A stretch of 64,000 nucleotides of DNA from contig NC_057752.1 in assembly GCF_004010195.1 (NCBI RefSeq), positions 2,059,199-2,123,198 of the forward strand, read 5' to 3'. Under the pieces are notes generated by a model. That model was not told the DNA's origin. It was given only the letters and a program-made list of their open reading frames with translations, and did no database searches. Source of the stretch: Chiloscyllium plagiosum. Its lineage: Eukaryota. This document shows, one piece after another, positions 24,095-35,379 of this stretch. A program made the translations under genes and the position numbers. Numbering within the stretch: the first letter of the stretch is position 1; each line of letters begins with the position of its first letter.

Positions 24095-24702
24095 TGTCAA
24101 ACCTTTGAAAGAAACTTGTATGTTTCAATAATATCACCTTGCATTCTTCCAATTAACAAAATGTATGAATTTAATGTGCTCAATCTATCATCATAGCATT
24201 GGCCTTTGAGCTGAGGAATCAATGGGTAAATGTGAATACAGGTGCTAGTGTCTCCAGAAACCTAATTAGGTCATTGCTGTGAGAGACTGGTTACAAGTCT
24301 TGATATTAGGTATGTGTCTTACCCTGAATGCTATCCTGGATCATTTTAAATCCAAAATTATTCAGGAAGGAGGAGATGGTGATCAGCTTTTCCAGTTTGA
24401 ATGAAACTTGCTCCTCATACCAGCCCGGACACCCTTGCCACGCTGACTGAGCTTGAGGAACACCATTTGAGTGAAGGCAATTGTATAGCCTCACTCAGGA
24501 CATATCCTGAATGGAGGGACTCTAGGCCAGCCCACAGCAATACCCCAAAACAAAGGCAAGCCTCGGCCAAACGGTTAACATTTTCTCAAGGATCTGGGCC
24601 GGCAAACCATTGTAGTGCTTCCTGTATGGAGACTCGAGACAGCAAAAATGTCCCACTGGATCTAAATGAAATAAAAGAACTCAGAGGCCGGTATCCAGGA
24701 GA

Positions 24703-26870
24703 GTGCACACCCTGGAAAGCCCACCTACATCTGGTTTGGAGCAGTTAAATTGCTTAACAACATCAAAATCAGAACCAATCAAAATAAACATCTGGTTAAA
24801 TAGTCACCCGGTTCTAATGGAGGTTGACACTGGCCCGACTGTATCAGTGATCACAGAACCAGTCTTTAATGGAATTCGCACTGGACTCCAATCCTTAAGT
24901 TTGTGCAGGACCTCAAATAGGCTGAGAACCTATAACGGGGAACCCTTACTGATCAAGTGGACACCTTCAGTTCCGGTCTCCTATGAGAAGCAGCTGGTTC
25001 AGTTCCCACTGATTGTAGCTAAAATGCTCGGGCCCAAGATTGATAAGGTGAAATTGGTTGAGAAAGATTCACCTTTAGTGGCTCCATGTTTTTTTCAATT
25101 AGAAAATGGCTGCCTGAGTGAAGTCCTAATTGAATACCTGGAAGTTTTTCAGGAAGGTCTAGGGACTATTAAATGAGCCAAGGACACCTTTCATGTTGAC
25201 TAGGAGGCAATTCCACGATTCTGTGAGATCCACCCAGTGCCATTTGCCTTATGGGCAAAAGTAGAAGCAGAAATCAGGAGGCTGGAAAGGGAAGGAATCG
25301 TCAAACCAGTCCAGGTTATGGAATGGGCAGCACCGGTCGTACTGATTGTGAAGCCTGAGAGGTCGGTTCCCCTTTGTGAGGATTTTAAACAGATGGTAAA
25401 CCATTTGTTCTCATAGTTAGATAAGTACCCAATCCCTCATGTAGAGGATTTATATGCAAAGCTGGCAGGGTGACTGTCCTTTACAAAGCTGGACATGAGG
25501 CATGCCTATCTGCAATTACAGTTAGATGAGGATTCCCAGAAGTATGCTACAATTAATACCCATAAGGGTTTGTACCTATATGCAAGACTGCCATTTGGCT
25601 CATCAGCCTGTGCAATTTTTCAGTGGATGATGGAGAACATTTTACAAGGTCTACCCCAGGTTGCCATTTATCTAGATGATGTGCTAATAACAGAGAAGAC
25701 CAATAAGGAGCACTTAGACAACTTGGACATAGTCTTTCGATGTTTCTCCCAGGCGGGCATGCACCCTAGAAGAGAAAAATGTGTGTTCCAGGTACCCTAA
25801 ATGAATTACTTGTGCTTCAGTGTCAACAAGACTGGGGTTACACCTGTTGGAAGATAAAGTGAGGGTGATCAAAGGTGCCCTGGCTCCCACATCTGTACCG
25901 GAGCTTAGGTCTTTCTTTGGGCTGGTGAATTATTACAGGAAACTCATACATAATCTGGCCTCCGTCTTGACACCCTTACACCTGCTAAAGCCTTGGAAAT
26001 GGCTGTGTAGTCAAGCCAGGGAAGTGAAGAAACAGCTATCATCCTCTGAGGTGTTGATGCACTATGATCTCAAGCAACATCTGGCATTGATATGCGATGC
26101 CTCCCCGTACAGCACTGAGGTAGTATTACTCATACGTGGCCCAATGGAGAGGAACACCTGATAGTGTATGCATCCTGGACTTTGTCTAATGCAGAGTGTA
26201 AATGCACCAGATAGAGAAGAAAGGTTTGGCAGACATATTTAGAGTCAGGAAGTTCCACCAATTACTTTATGGACATAAATTTATCATAATAATGGACCAT
26301 AAATGCCTGCTGTTTCTACTTAAAGGAGACAAGGCAGTACCAACAAAGACAAAAAGTACCTCTAGCAGCTCCCCCCACCAATTCGTGGGAATGGGCAGGT
26401 AAACCCTGGGCTCAGTTACACATCAACTATGCAGGTCCTTTCACAGGCTCAATGTTCTCAGTCATTGTAGATGCCATTCAAAGTGGTTGGACATACAAAA
26501 CGTTTTTTCGGGGTGATGACGATAGAAAAACTACAGGCATCTTTTGCAATGCACAGACTGCTGGAAGTGTTGGTCACAGATAACAGGCCATCGTTTACCA
26601 GCAGGGAATTTGAGAAGATCCTAAAATCAAATAGTATTTTTCATATAAGGACAGCTCTATAACATCCAACATCCAATGGTCTGGCAGAAAGAGCACTCCA
26701 AACTTTAAAGGCAGGCTTAAAGAAACAGCCTACAACTTCACTAAGTACCAAACTGTCCCAGAGCCCCTCGTGCAACTACAAGGAGAGCTCCAGCAGGATT
26801 GCTAATGAGGAGAAGACTCCACATCAGGTTAAATCTGATCTTCCCAGACCTGGGGAGGGGGGTGAAATAG
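24703..26870 (+). pseudogene. pol: Gypsy pol with stops and frameshifts
   Basis: Protease MEVDTG; RT YARLPFG..AIYLDDVLI; RNase H ICDAS; integrase LVTDNRPSFTSREF..SNGLAERA. Confidence 0.92.
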
Positions 26871-27313
26871 CATCAGGAATACCAATACCAGGCACAACAC
26901 GTCACTAAATGAGAGAGACAGTTTACTTCAGGGAATGAAGTTTGGTCTAGGAACCACAAGGATGGCCCTGCATGGATAAGACGCATGGTTAACAAGAGAT
27001 CAGGTCTATTGATATATAAAGTTTGGATAGGTGCGATAGTCTTGAACAAGCACATGTTCTATATGAAAGCTGCAAAAACACAAAAGGTGTGGAAGTAGAA
27101 CACACCCAGCTCCTCAATATCCTTTCTGACTGTTCTGGACCCCATGGGTTCTCCCTCTCCATCACTGGGTACGAAAGGCGAGCTACTGTGCGTTACATGC
27201 CACCTGTATCAGAGGCAGAGTTGGAGGAATCTCACCCGGTACTAAAACATCCCATGAGGGGCTGCAAAAAAAACAAGAACTGGCCGATATCCTCAGACTC
27301 TGAGTGGGAGGGT

Positions 27314-27716
27314 TGTAGTGATTGCAATGAGATCAGCCAGGGAGACCTCATAGAATATGAGTTCCCTGATTGGGGCTGTTAAACTGATCCAATCAGGGAG
27401 CCCTGGCTGACCGATATAAACAGGAGTGTCTCCAACTCTATTTTGATTTAGTCCCTACCCTCCCCTTCACTGTTTTGATCACACAGCACTGCCCTTTGAT
27501 GTGAAGGGCAGTGTTTGTCACTGGCCACCCGGGTGTTTTCCTATCTTCCTGGTGGTGGAAATTGAATAAAAAAAAAAAAAAAATTAACAGGAGTGTCAGA
27601 GGTTATGTTCAGTCCTGAGAGCTGGCTGTGAGGGAGCTGGATCAGAGTCAAGGACTCTCCACGTATAAATAAAGGGGACTTGGTGACGGTATGCTGGCCT
27701 CGGTGGAATTATTTCA
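27314..27716 (+). repeat. Gypsy 3' LTR (TG...CA), interrupted
   Basis: TGTAGTGATTG...TTATTTCA; inverted CCAAT pair, TATAAA, AATAAA. Confidence 0.88.
27431..27585 (+). mobile_element. Short poly(A) retroposed insert (L1/Tx1-like 3' end)
   Basis: AATAAA running into a poly(A) tail; 12-bp TSD AACAGGAGTGTC (27419-27430, 27586-27597); absent from the 5' LTR. Confidence 0.85.
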
Positions 27717-28119
27717 ACATTGTTTGTTTGCTTGCCTTGTTGAAGCTGTTCATTTCCTTCGGAAGTGGCTTGTTCACTGTTTATCCTCTTGAGGCTAGCC
27801 ATTTCTCTCCATGGCTGTTGCACTCCTTCCTGAGATGATCTGTTTCCTTCTCTGAACTTGCCCTGGTTACAGCAGCTTTAAAGTTATTCAGTTTATTTTC
27901 TGGATCCTCCTTTTAATCCAAGTTCTCTCTCTCTCTCCCCAGGTCACCAACAAAAATCACAGAAAAATTGACTTCCTTTGAACCAAAAGTAGTCATTCTA
28001 TTAGTTCTTGGTAAAATTTCTGTCCTTAAATAAGATCTGTGTGGACGCAGTGCTTTCTTTTTGCATCTGCAGTCCTCACTATCTCCAAGTTGCTTTTGCA
28101 TGAATCCATGACCATGGCA

Positions 28120-28452
28120 TGTGTTGGTGTAGTAGTAATGTCACTGGGCCTGTAATACGCCTCAGGCTAATGTTCTGGAGATATAGGTTTGAATCCCATC
28201 TTAGCAGATGGTGGAATTTGAATTCAGTAAATGTAAAAGCTGGTCTAATGGTAACCATGTTGGTTGTTGTAAAAACCCATCTGGTTCGCTGATGCCCTTC
28301 AAGGAATGGAAGCTACTGTCCTTACCTGGTCTGGCCTACATGTCACTCCATATCCACAGCAATATGGTTGACTCTTAACTGCCCTCTGAGCAATTCAGGG
28401 TGGGCAATAAATGCTGGCCTAGCCAGTGATGCCCACATCCCATGAATGAATT
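28120..28452 (+). mobile_element. tRNA-derived SINE with LINE-like tail; related minus-strand copy at ~40088-40400
   Basis: A/B box-like TGGTGTAGTAG and GGTTTGAATCC; tail CAATAAATGCTGGCCTAGCCAGTGATGCCCACATCCCATGAATGAA. Confidence 0.65.
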
Positions 28453-31015
28453 AAAAACAAATCTATTTACACGAATGAGGAAATCCCTTGGATGGGCCAG
28501 CTCTGATTATGTAATTGTTACCAACAACATCTTTAATGTAAAAGAACATTGGCGAAAGATATTACAAAAATATACTCAAGTATAATGAGCATGTAAGAAT
28601 CTCCATTCACTTGACAAACCTGGTCTCACAATGGATGTCTAAGAGAATGTCTGGTTTTAATATGTTCCTCAAGTTGTATTTGCAGGCTGTAATTTGAGAG
28701 CACATTGTATTGAAATACATCCATGTCCAGCATGAATTGTGACTCCCCTCTTCTCTAAATGATAAACAGTGCAGGCCCATACAATGACCTAAAACGGCCT
28801 GGTCAAGCTCAATTGGCTCAGCATGAGGATTGAATGTGGGATCTGGCTGGTCAGTGTTGTTTAACTGTTTGCTGCACACGCTCATGCCAGCTGAAGAGAT
28901 GCCATTAGTCTTGTTGCAATACAGAATGTATTTTGGATGATTGTCATTGTTACGTGGAGGGGAAATTGGAAAGTACGCTTTTTGTTACAGAAAGCTAGTA
29001 GGAAACATTGGAATCAAATTGTCATAAAAACCACAAGTGCTGGAGAAACTCAGCAGGTTTGACAGCATCTGTGCAGAGAAAAACAGAGTTAACGTTTCAA
29101 GGCCAGTGCAACCCTCCTGCACAACTTCTAAATTTGTCTTGTTTTCAAATGTCCATAATTGGAAGTTTTAAAATATGAACAATGGTTATATATACAAACC
29201 TTGATGTAGACGAGTGTAATCTCATTCATTATGGTTACCTTTATTTTAACCTTTGGATTTAGAAAGAACACAGTGGAAAGCAGTTGGATAGTGAAATATA
29301 TATAAAGGGAGGGCAAGTCCTGCAGTAATGTCATTTGATGATTTATGAAGCCTTTTACATAGTCAGCTGTTTTGGATAGAGTGGTACAGACTATCAGATT
29401 CTGAAAGTGCCCCAAGATACTTAAGGTGCAGCCTGACTGTCCAAGTAGATGTTCTCTCAATGTTTTGACCAACATTCCTCCCTGAAACAACACCATCAAA
29501 AGCAAACAATAGTTTGTTTCGTTGCTATTGGTGTGACCTTGCTGTGTATGGAGCAGTTGCCAGGTGACTTGACAAAACGAGTGGCAGCACTTCAGAGAAG
29601 CTCATTCTGAAGTGCTTCTTGTGCACTCTAACTTATTTATGCCCGAAACGTCGATTCTCCTGCTCCTTGGATGCTGCCTGACCTGCTGCCCTTTTCCAGA
29701 AACACATTTTTCAGCACTATAACTTAAGGAAGATTTGTTATGGCGCTATATAAATCCTAGTCCTTTACTAGCAAAATCCTATTCAGCCTTGGTATTGAAC
29801 GAAGAGAGATGCAGAAAAAATTGACTGGCAGGTTTGCTGGCAAAACAACATTTGCCATTTAGTCCTGCAGATTTACTGTAATCGTTGACAGCCATCTTTG
29901 GGCAGGCAGTGTTCAGATTTTGCTCCAATAATATGGTCTTTTAATTTTGTTTCCTGAGGCCGCAACCTGTTTATTTAGTGCAACTTCATGTGGGAACTGT
30001 GAAATTGTTAGATCAAAGTATCATTTCAGTTTCCGTACATTTTGAGATCATCTAAGCTGACATAGGTCAGCTCTTTTTGACAATAATTTGAATACATAGA
30101 TATTCTTTCATCAGTTAGGTAATCCTATTTGTTCTCATTAATGTTTTATTGCATTTGTGACTTATTTAATGAGATGATCTCAGAAAGTGAAATGACAAAA
30201 GGCATCTACGTTTATCTAATATTTTTAGAACCCTTTTTAGTATGTGTGGGATCAAATCTGGCCAGTACGTTCAGACAGAAATTGATATTTTTTTTAATTA
30301 TAAGAGGTTGAAGCCCAGAATGTATTAAAAAATACCAAATTATTAATGACAATCTTGTACTCAAAATGGTTTTCAATTTTTTATGTTTTGCTTGCGCCAG
30401 GCTAATAATAATATTTTTGAACAATCGTTTTACTCCAATACAAATGGTGGACAAAAACACACAGGACCATCTGTGTAGTAAGCTGGAAATTGTATCTGTG
30501 TACAAGGTACTCACTCACAACATATCACCGGCCAGACAGCTGATTTTGCAGACTGCCTTTCTGCCTGTCATTGTTTGAACTCAGCTTGATTTCTCTGCCT
30601 GCCCAGAATTGCCTTTCATTTATGATCTCTTTCCTTTAATTCTTTGTTTTCAATCTTATCGCTCTTCCTTCCACCTGTTCCCCTTTCTCTCATCCATCTT
30701 TCTTTTTTGCTATTGTCTTCCTTTCTTCCACTTAGGTTTTTTCTTGTGATGCCCTTCTCTGCCACACCCTCACTTGCTATGCCCCCAATGTCTATCGAGT
30801 GCCTATCAACCTCTTCTGTGTCTTTCCTTGCTGTAACTTTCCCTGCTGTGACCTCTACGTCGCAAGGGCCTGTCCTCAATCTTTCTTTCTCTCTCTCTTC
30901 TCTTTTCTTCTCTTGTCATTCTTCTCTTGTCTTTTTTCTCCTCTCTTCTCATTCTCTCTCCTTTCTTCTCTTTCCTTCTCTTGTCTCTCCTCCCTTCTTT
31001 CGTCTCACTCTTGAC

Positions 31016-31275
31016 AGGTTCAGACAGCATTACCATGGATTTACGAAGGGGAAGTTGTACTTGACAAATCTGCTGGAATTCTTTTAAGGATGTAACTCAT
31101 GGAGTTGATGAGGGGAGCCATTGGATATAGTTTACTTGGACTTTCAGAGGCTTTTGATAAGGTCCACCATAAGAGATTGGGGACAGTGTACTGACATAGA
31201 TAGAGAACTGGTTGGAAGATAGGAAACAGCGTCAGAATGAATGGGTCTTTTTCTGAGTGGCAACCAGTTAGGGTC
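31016..31275 (+). mobile_element. CR1 RT fragment
   Basis: HGFTKGKLYLTNLLEFF..DIVYLDF. Confidence 0.8.
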
Positions 31276-31924
31276 TCCTGCATTTATTTCAGATTTCCAG
31301 TATTCACAGCCGTTTGCTTTTGCAAAACATTTTCCTATAGTGGCTCTCTCCTTGAGCAACTTAAAAGTGATCCTACTGCCCTACTTTCCCTCCCAATTCC
31401 TATTTTGATCATCTGCTTTAAACAATTATTTATTTTTCCCTTAAAACATGCACCAATGAGTTGAAAGATGAACTGGGATGCAGTTGTAGAGAAACTGAAT
31501 TGTAGAGAAGCAATGGAATGTTTCTTAAAAAGAAACAAAGGTGTGCAAAGTATTTTTTATTGAAAAAGAAAATTGCTTTATTAAGAACACAAGATTGTAG
31601 AATTTCTCAGCAGGAATGAGGACATTGAAAGACAAAGGTAGACTAAAGAAAATTGGGATTCTGTTACAACCCTGCAGATTATGGGGTGAATTGATATTTA
31701 ATTTGATGATTGGCAATATAGTGGAATGAAAGTGGATAGACTGTTTCCAGTGGTTGAGAGATACAGAATAAGAGACAAGATGAATTGAGCTTAAAAATGT
31801 TTGCATAGGTGGTTGTGAGACTGTGAGACACTCTTGCTGAGACCAGAGGTAAGGAGGAAGCTGTCAACATTCGAAACTAGTTTGAGGAGGTGGCTAGGTT
31901 AAGGTAATAAACGGTTTGGGAACA

Positions 31925-32455
31925 TGCCACATTATAGGAAAGATGTGAACACATTGGAGAGAGAGGGCAGGAGGGATTTACCAGAATGGTTCCAGAGATG
32001 AGAAACTTCAGAGAGGAGGAGAGATTGAAGAGGTTGGGACTGTTCTCCTTGGGGAGAAGAAGGCTGAGAGGGAGATCTGAGAGAGGGTTTCAACATCATG
32101 GGGGGAGGGGGCTGGACAGAGTAGATCGGGAGAAGCTGATCCCACATGGAAAAGGGACAAGAATGAGGGGGACAGAGATTGAAGGGGATGTGCAAATGAA
32201 GCAAGGGTGAAGTGAGAAAATACTTCTTAACTCAGCAAATAGTTAGGGTCTGGAATGCACTTCCTGGAAATAGGGTGGAGGCAAGTTCGATTGGAGGCAT
32301 TCAAGGAGGCATTGGATGGTTATTTGGATAGAAATGGTGTGAAAGGCATGGGGAAAAGGCAGGAGATTGGCACTTGGAAATGACATTCACTTGAAGAGCT
32401 GGTGCAAGCATGATGGGCTGAATGGCCTCCTTCTGTACTAACAATTCTATGATGA
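31925..32455 (+). mobile_element. CR1 LINE 3' fragment
   Basis: EERLKRLGLFSLGRRRLRG. Confidence 0.8.
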
Positions 32456-32484
32456 CAGGCAAGTATGATTAAAATTATCTACTC

Positions 32485-33090
32485 AAAGTTTGTGCGAAGA
32501 TTTGTAGCTTGGGTGCTCGTTGTTGTGGTTCTGTTCGCCGAGCTGGGAAATTGTGTTGCAGATGTTTCGTCCCCTGTCTAGGTGACATCCTCAGTGCTTG
32601 GGAGCCTCCTGTGAAGCACTTCTGTGATAATTTCTCCGGCATTTGTAGTGGTTTGAATCTGCCGCTTCCGATTGTCAGTTCCAGCTGACAGCTGCAGTAG
32701 TCGGTATATTGGGTCCAGGTCGATGTGCTTATTGATTGAATCAGTGGAATTCCCTGGCTGTTCTCTGTTTGGCTTGTCCTATAATAGTAGTGTTGTCCCA
32801 GTCAAACTCATGTTGCTTGTCAACACAGGACAACACTACTATTATAGGACAAGCCAAACAGAGAACAGCGAGGGAATTCCTAGAGGCATGGCACTCATCC
32901 ACTGATTCAATCACTGCAGTGGACAGCTGGAACTGACAACCGGAAGCGGCAGATTCAAACCACTACAAATGCCGGAGGAAAGATCACAGAAGTGCTTCAC
33001 AGGAGGCTCCCAAGCACTGAGGATGTCACCTAGACAGGGGACGAAACGTCTGCAACACAATTTCCCAGCTCGGCGAACAGAACCACAACA
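32485..33090. mobile_element. Penelope (Poseidon-type) insertion forming a long inverted repeat
   Basis: Arms ~32521-32795 and ~32829-33090; C-terminal peptide DNTTIIGQAKQRTAREFLEAWHS; near-TSD TTATCTACTC/TTATCTGCTC. Confidence 0.85.
33014..33053 (+). ncRNA. Minimal hammerhead ribozyme motif
   Basis: GCA-CTGAGGA-T-GTCACC-TAGACA-GGGGAC-GAAAC-GTC-TGC; stem I GCA/TGC. Confidence 0.72.
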
Positions 33091-33420
33091 TTATCTGCTC
33101 ACCTGGAAAGTAAAGGTTGACACAGATTAGTTGAGCTTTTGGCTTGCAATGGTGTCATAACTTCTTTGTATTTCTATGCAAACATCTGTAGCCCAAAACT
33201 GGTCATAATTGTCTTAAACAGACAATCTCATTCAGATGTCTCAAGGTGATTGGCTTTGGAAATTGGGACACAGTGAACTAGTGGCTGGTTTTATGAGGTT
33301 AAACCTAATCACCTTGTTCACGATAAGGGAATTTAATTATCCCTTGGGAAGTGATTGTTGGTAAAGCTGAAGAGAAAAGTAATCTTTTCTCCTAAACCAC
33401 ACTTCACCTATCTTCTTGAA

Positions 33421-33568
33421 TTGGCGGTGCCGGTGTTGGACTGGGGTGGATGAAGTTAAAAATCACACAACACCAAGTTATAGTCCAACAGGTTTAATTG
33501 GGAGTGCTAGCTAGTGCTTCCAAATAAACCTGTTGGACTATAGCCTGGTGTTGTGTGACTTTTAACTT
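33421..33568. mobile_element. Short palindromic Penelope-like insertion (third family); related copy at ~37352-37541
   Basis: CACAACACCAAGTTATAGTCCAACAGGTTT...AAACCTGTTGGACTATAGCCTGGTGTTGTG; near-TSD TATCTTCTTGAA/TATCTTCATGAA. Confidence 0.7.
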
Positions 33569-33724
33569 TATCTTCATGAACTAATGTTTGACTGAAAATG
33601 TTAATTGAAGAGAGGATGGCCTCAATTATTATATTGGCATGGAAATTAGAATTACTTTGATTTCCTGGTGACCTCTCATTTGTGGCACTCTCTCCTCTAG
33701 TGTAAGTTGAAAATGTAGTGCCAT

Positions 33725-34000
33725 ATCAAGGGAGTGCTGCACTGTTAGTGGTGCTATTTTTCAGCTGTGATGCTATTCAGTTAGATGTAAATTATCGTGG
33801 ACTGTATTTCTCCTTCAAACACCACCAACAGAAATCGATTATTTGGTCATTTATTCATTTGTTGTCAGTGGGAGCTTGCTGTATGCAAATACATTGTCAC
33901 ACTTACCTGTGTAATGACATTTCAAAATCATTTCATTGGCATAAAGGATCGGGGATGTCTTGAGAATGTAATAAGGCTATATCAAAATGCATGTTCTTGT
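33725..34000 (+). mobile_element. Ancient DeuSINE (SacSINE1/AmnSINE)-like remnant; similar remnants at ~29450-29620 and ~54745-55100
   Basis: GGGAGTGCTGCACTGTTAGTGGTGC and GTGGGAGCTTGCTGTATGCAAAT motifs, matched from memory only. Confidence 0.45.
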
Positions 34001-34109
34001 TCTCTTCTTGCTGCACTGTCAAACTTGGCTGTAAAGTATCTGCAACAGGGGGAGAAAGATGGTTTATTGGCAATATCTCCTGATAGTGAGTTGGGACAGA
34101 TCTCTAAGA

Positions 34110-34373
34110 TTCTGGATCAATGGTGCTGGAAGAGCACAGCAATTCAGGCAGCATCGAGGAGCTTCAGCAAAATTGACGTTTCGGGCAAAAGCCCTTCATC
34201 AGGAATAAAGGCAGGAGAGCCGGCTCTCTGCCTTTATTCCTGATGAAGGGCTTTTGCCCGAAACGTCGATTTTGCTGAAGCTCCTCGATGCTGCCTGAAT
34301 TGCTGTGCTCTTCCAGCACCATTGATCCAGAACCTGGTTTCCAGCATCTGCAGTCATTGTTTGGACCCCCCAG
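34110..34373. mobile_element. Near-perfect palindromic Penelope pLTR insertion
   Basis: ~110-bp arms centred on GCCGGC (34219-34224); 12-bp TSD AGATCTCTAAGA (34098-34109, 34374-34385). Confidence 0.9.
34236..34271 (+). ncRNA. Minimal hammerhead ribozyme motif, sense to the SCN pre-mRNA
   Basis: ATTC-CTGATGA-A-GGGC-TTTT-GCCC-GAAAC-GTC-GATT. Confidence 0.75.
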
Positions 34374-35379
34374 AGATCTCTAAGAAGCAAGTGAGCAAAA
34401 AGAAATAGAGTTCTGCAGCAGTGATGTTCATCTAGACGCAGCATCATTGCTAGAGTTTATTTGGACAAAGTTCTGTTGAGTGAGAAGAAGTCTGAGCTGA
34501 CCCCAATCCACACACGTTTTGGTTTTAAAGGAAGCAGGACAGCGGGTGCATGGCCCACTAATCCACACTCATGAGGCAATTCAGTCAATTTGGAGCAGAT
34601 GTTCATTTTCACATGGATTCTACTATTAGCCACTGTCAGCCATTTTTTTTCAAGTCTTTGGGAAACCAGGCGAGTAAAGAGAGGTGAGGAAAACTAGATC
34701 TATATGATGGTAAGTGCCTTTGCAGCACTCCTTGTGGGCTGGCTCCTCTTCCCTCCTTTTGCTTCTTGCACCATTATCATCCCTCTTTGGGCCCACACCA
34801 TCATTTATTTTGTCTTCAACCCTAGAACTTTGCTTTTATTGTGTTGCTGCACTTGCCCTGACTCTGCACTTGCTTAAAAACTGTTTTATCTCTGACTTTC
34901 ACCACTTTGGATGAAGGATTACAGACTTGAAACATGAGCTCTGTTTCTCTTTCTCGGCAAATGCTCCCGGCCTGCTAAACATGTCAGCATTTTCTGTTGG
35001 TTTTTAATACTTCTTGACTCCACATTCTAGTTCTCCTGCCCAGAGTGCCCCTCCCAGCCAACAGAACATGAATGTTTCAGAGAATACTTCTAAGCATTTA
35101 AGTCAACATGTTGAGTTTGAAAGGTTTGAAATTTTCCATTTGGGGGCAACTCAGTCTTTGGATTTCTGGTTTGATTCTGGTCTCTGAGATATGTTGAAAC
35201 CAATGAACAATTGCACTAAGGGTACATTATAAATACCCTGTTTTATTAAACCAAGTTCAATTGGATTCAACTTTCACATTTCTTTGTTGTACAAATTATG
35301 CATTTAAAAAGATACACAGTTTAACATCACAATTGTCCCCTATATCTATCAAACTAATGCAAAAAGCAAAATTGTGCAA

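Larger units (their letters stand above)
23594..27716 (+). mobile_element. Degenerate Ty3/Gypsy LTR retrotransposon
   Basis: Truncated 5' LTR (23594-~23778) homologous to the 3' LTR; PR-RT-RH-IN order; PPT TGAGTGGGAGGGT at 27301-27313; no clear TSD. Confidence 0.9.

Noticed and set aside
30616..31036. Arg/Lys/Glu-rich minus-strand ORFs and a Leu/Ser/Phe-rich plus-strand ORF
   Set aside because: Low-complexity CT-rich DNA; stops follow in frame and the start lies in a CR1 fragment
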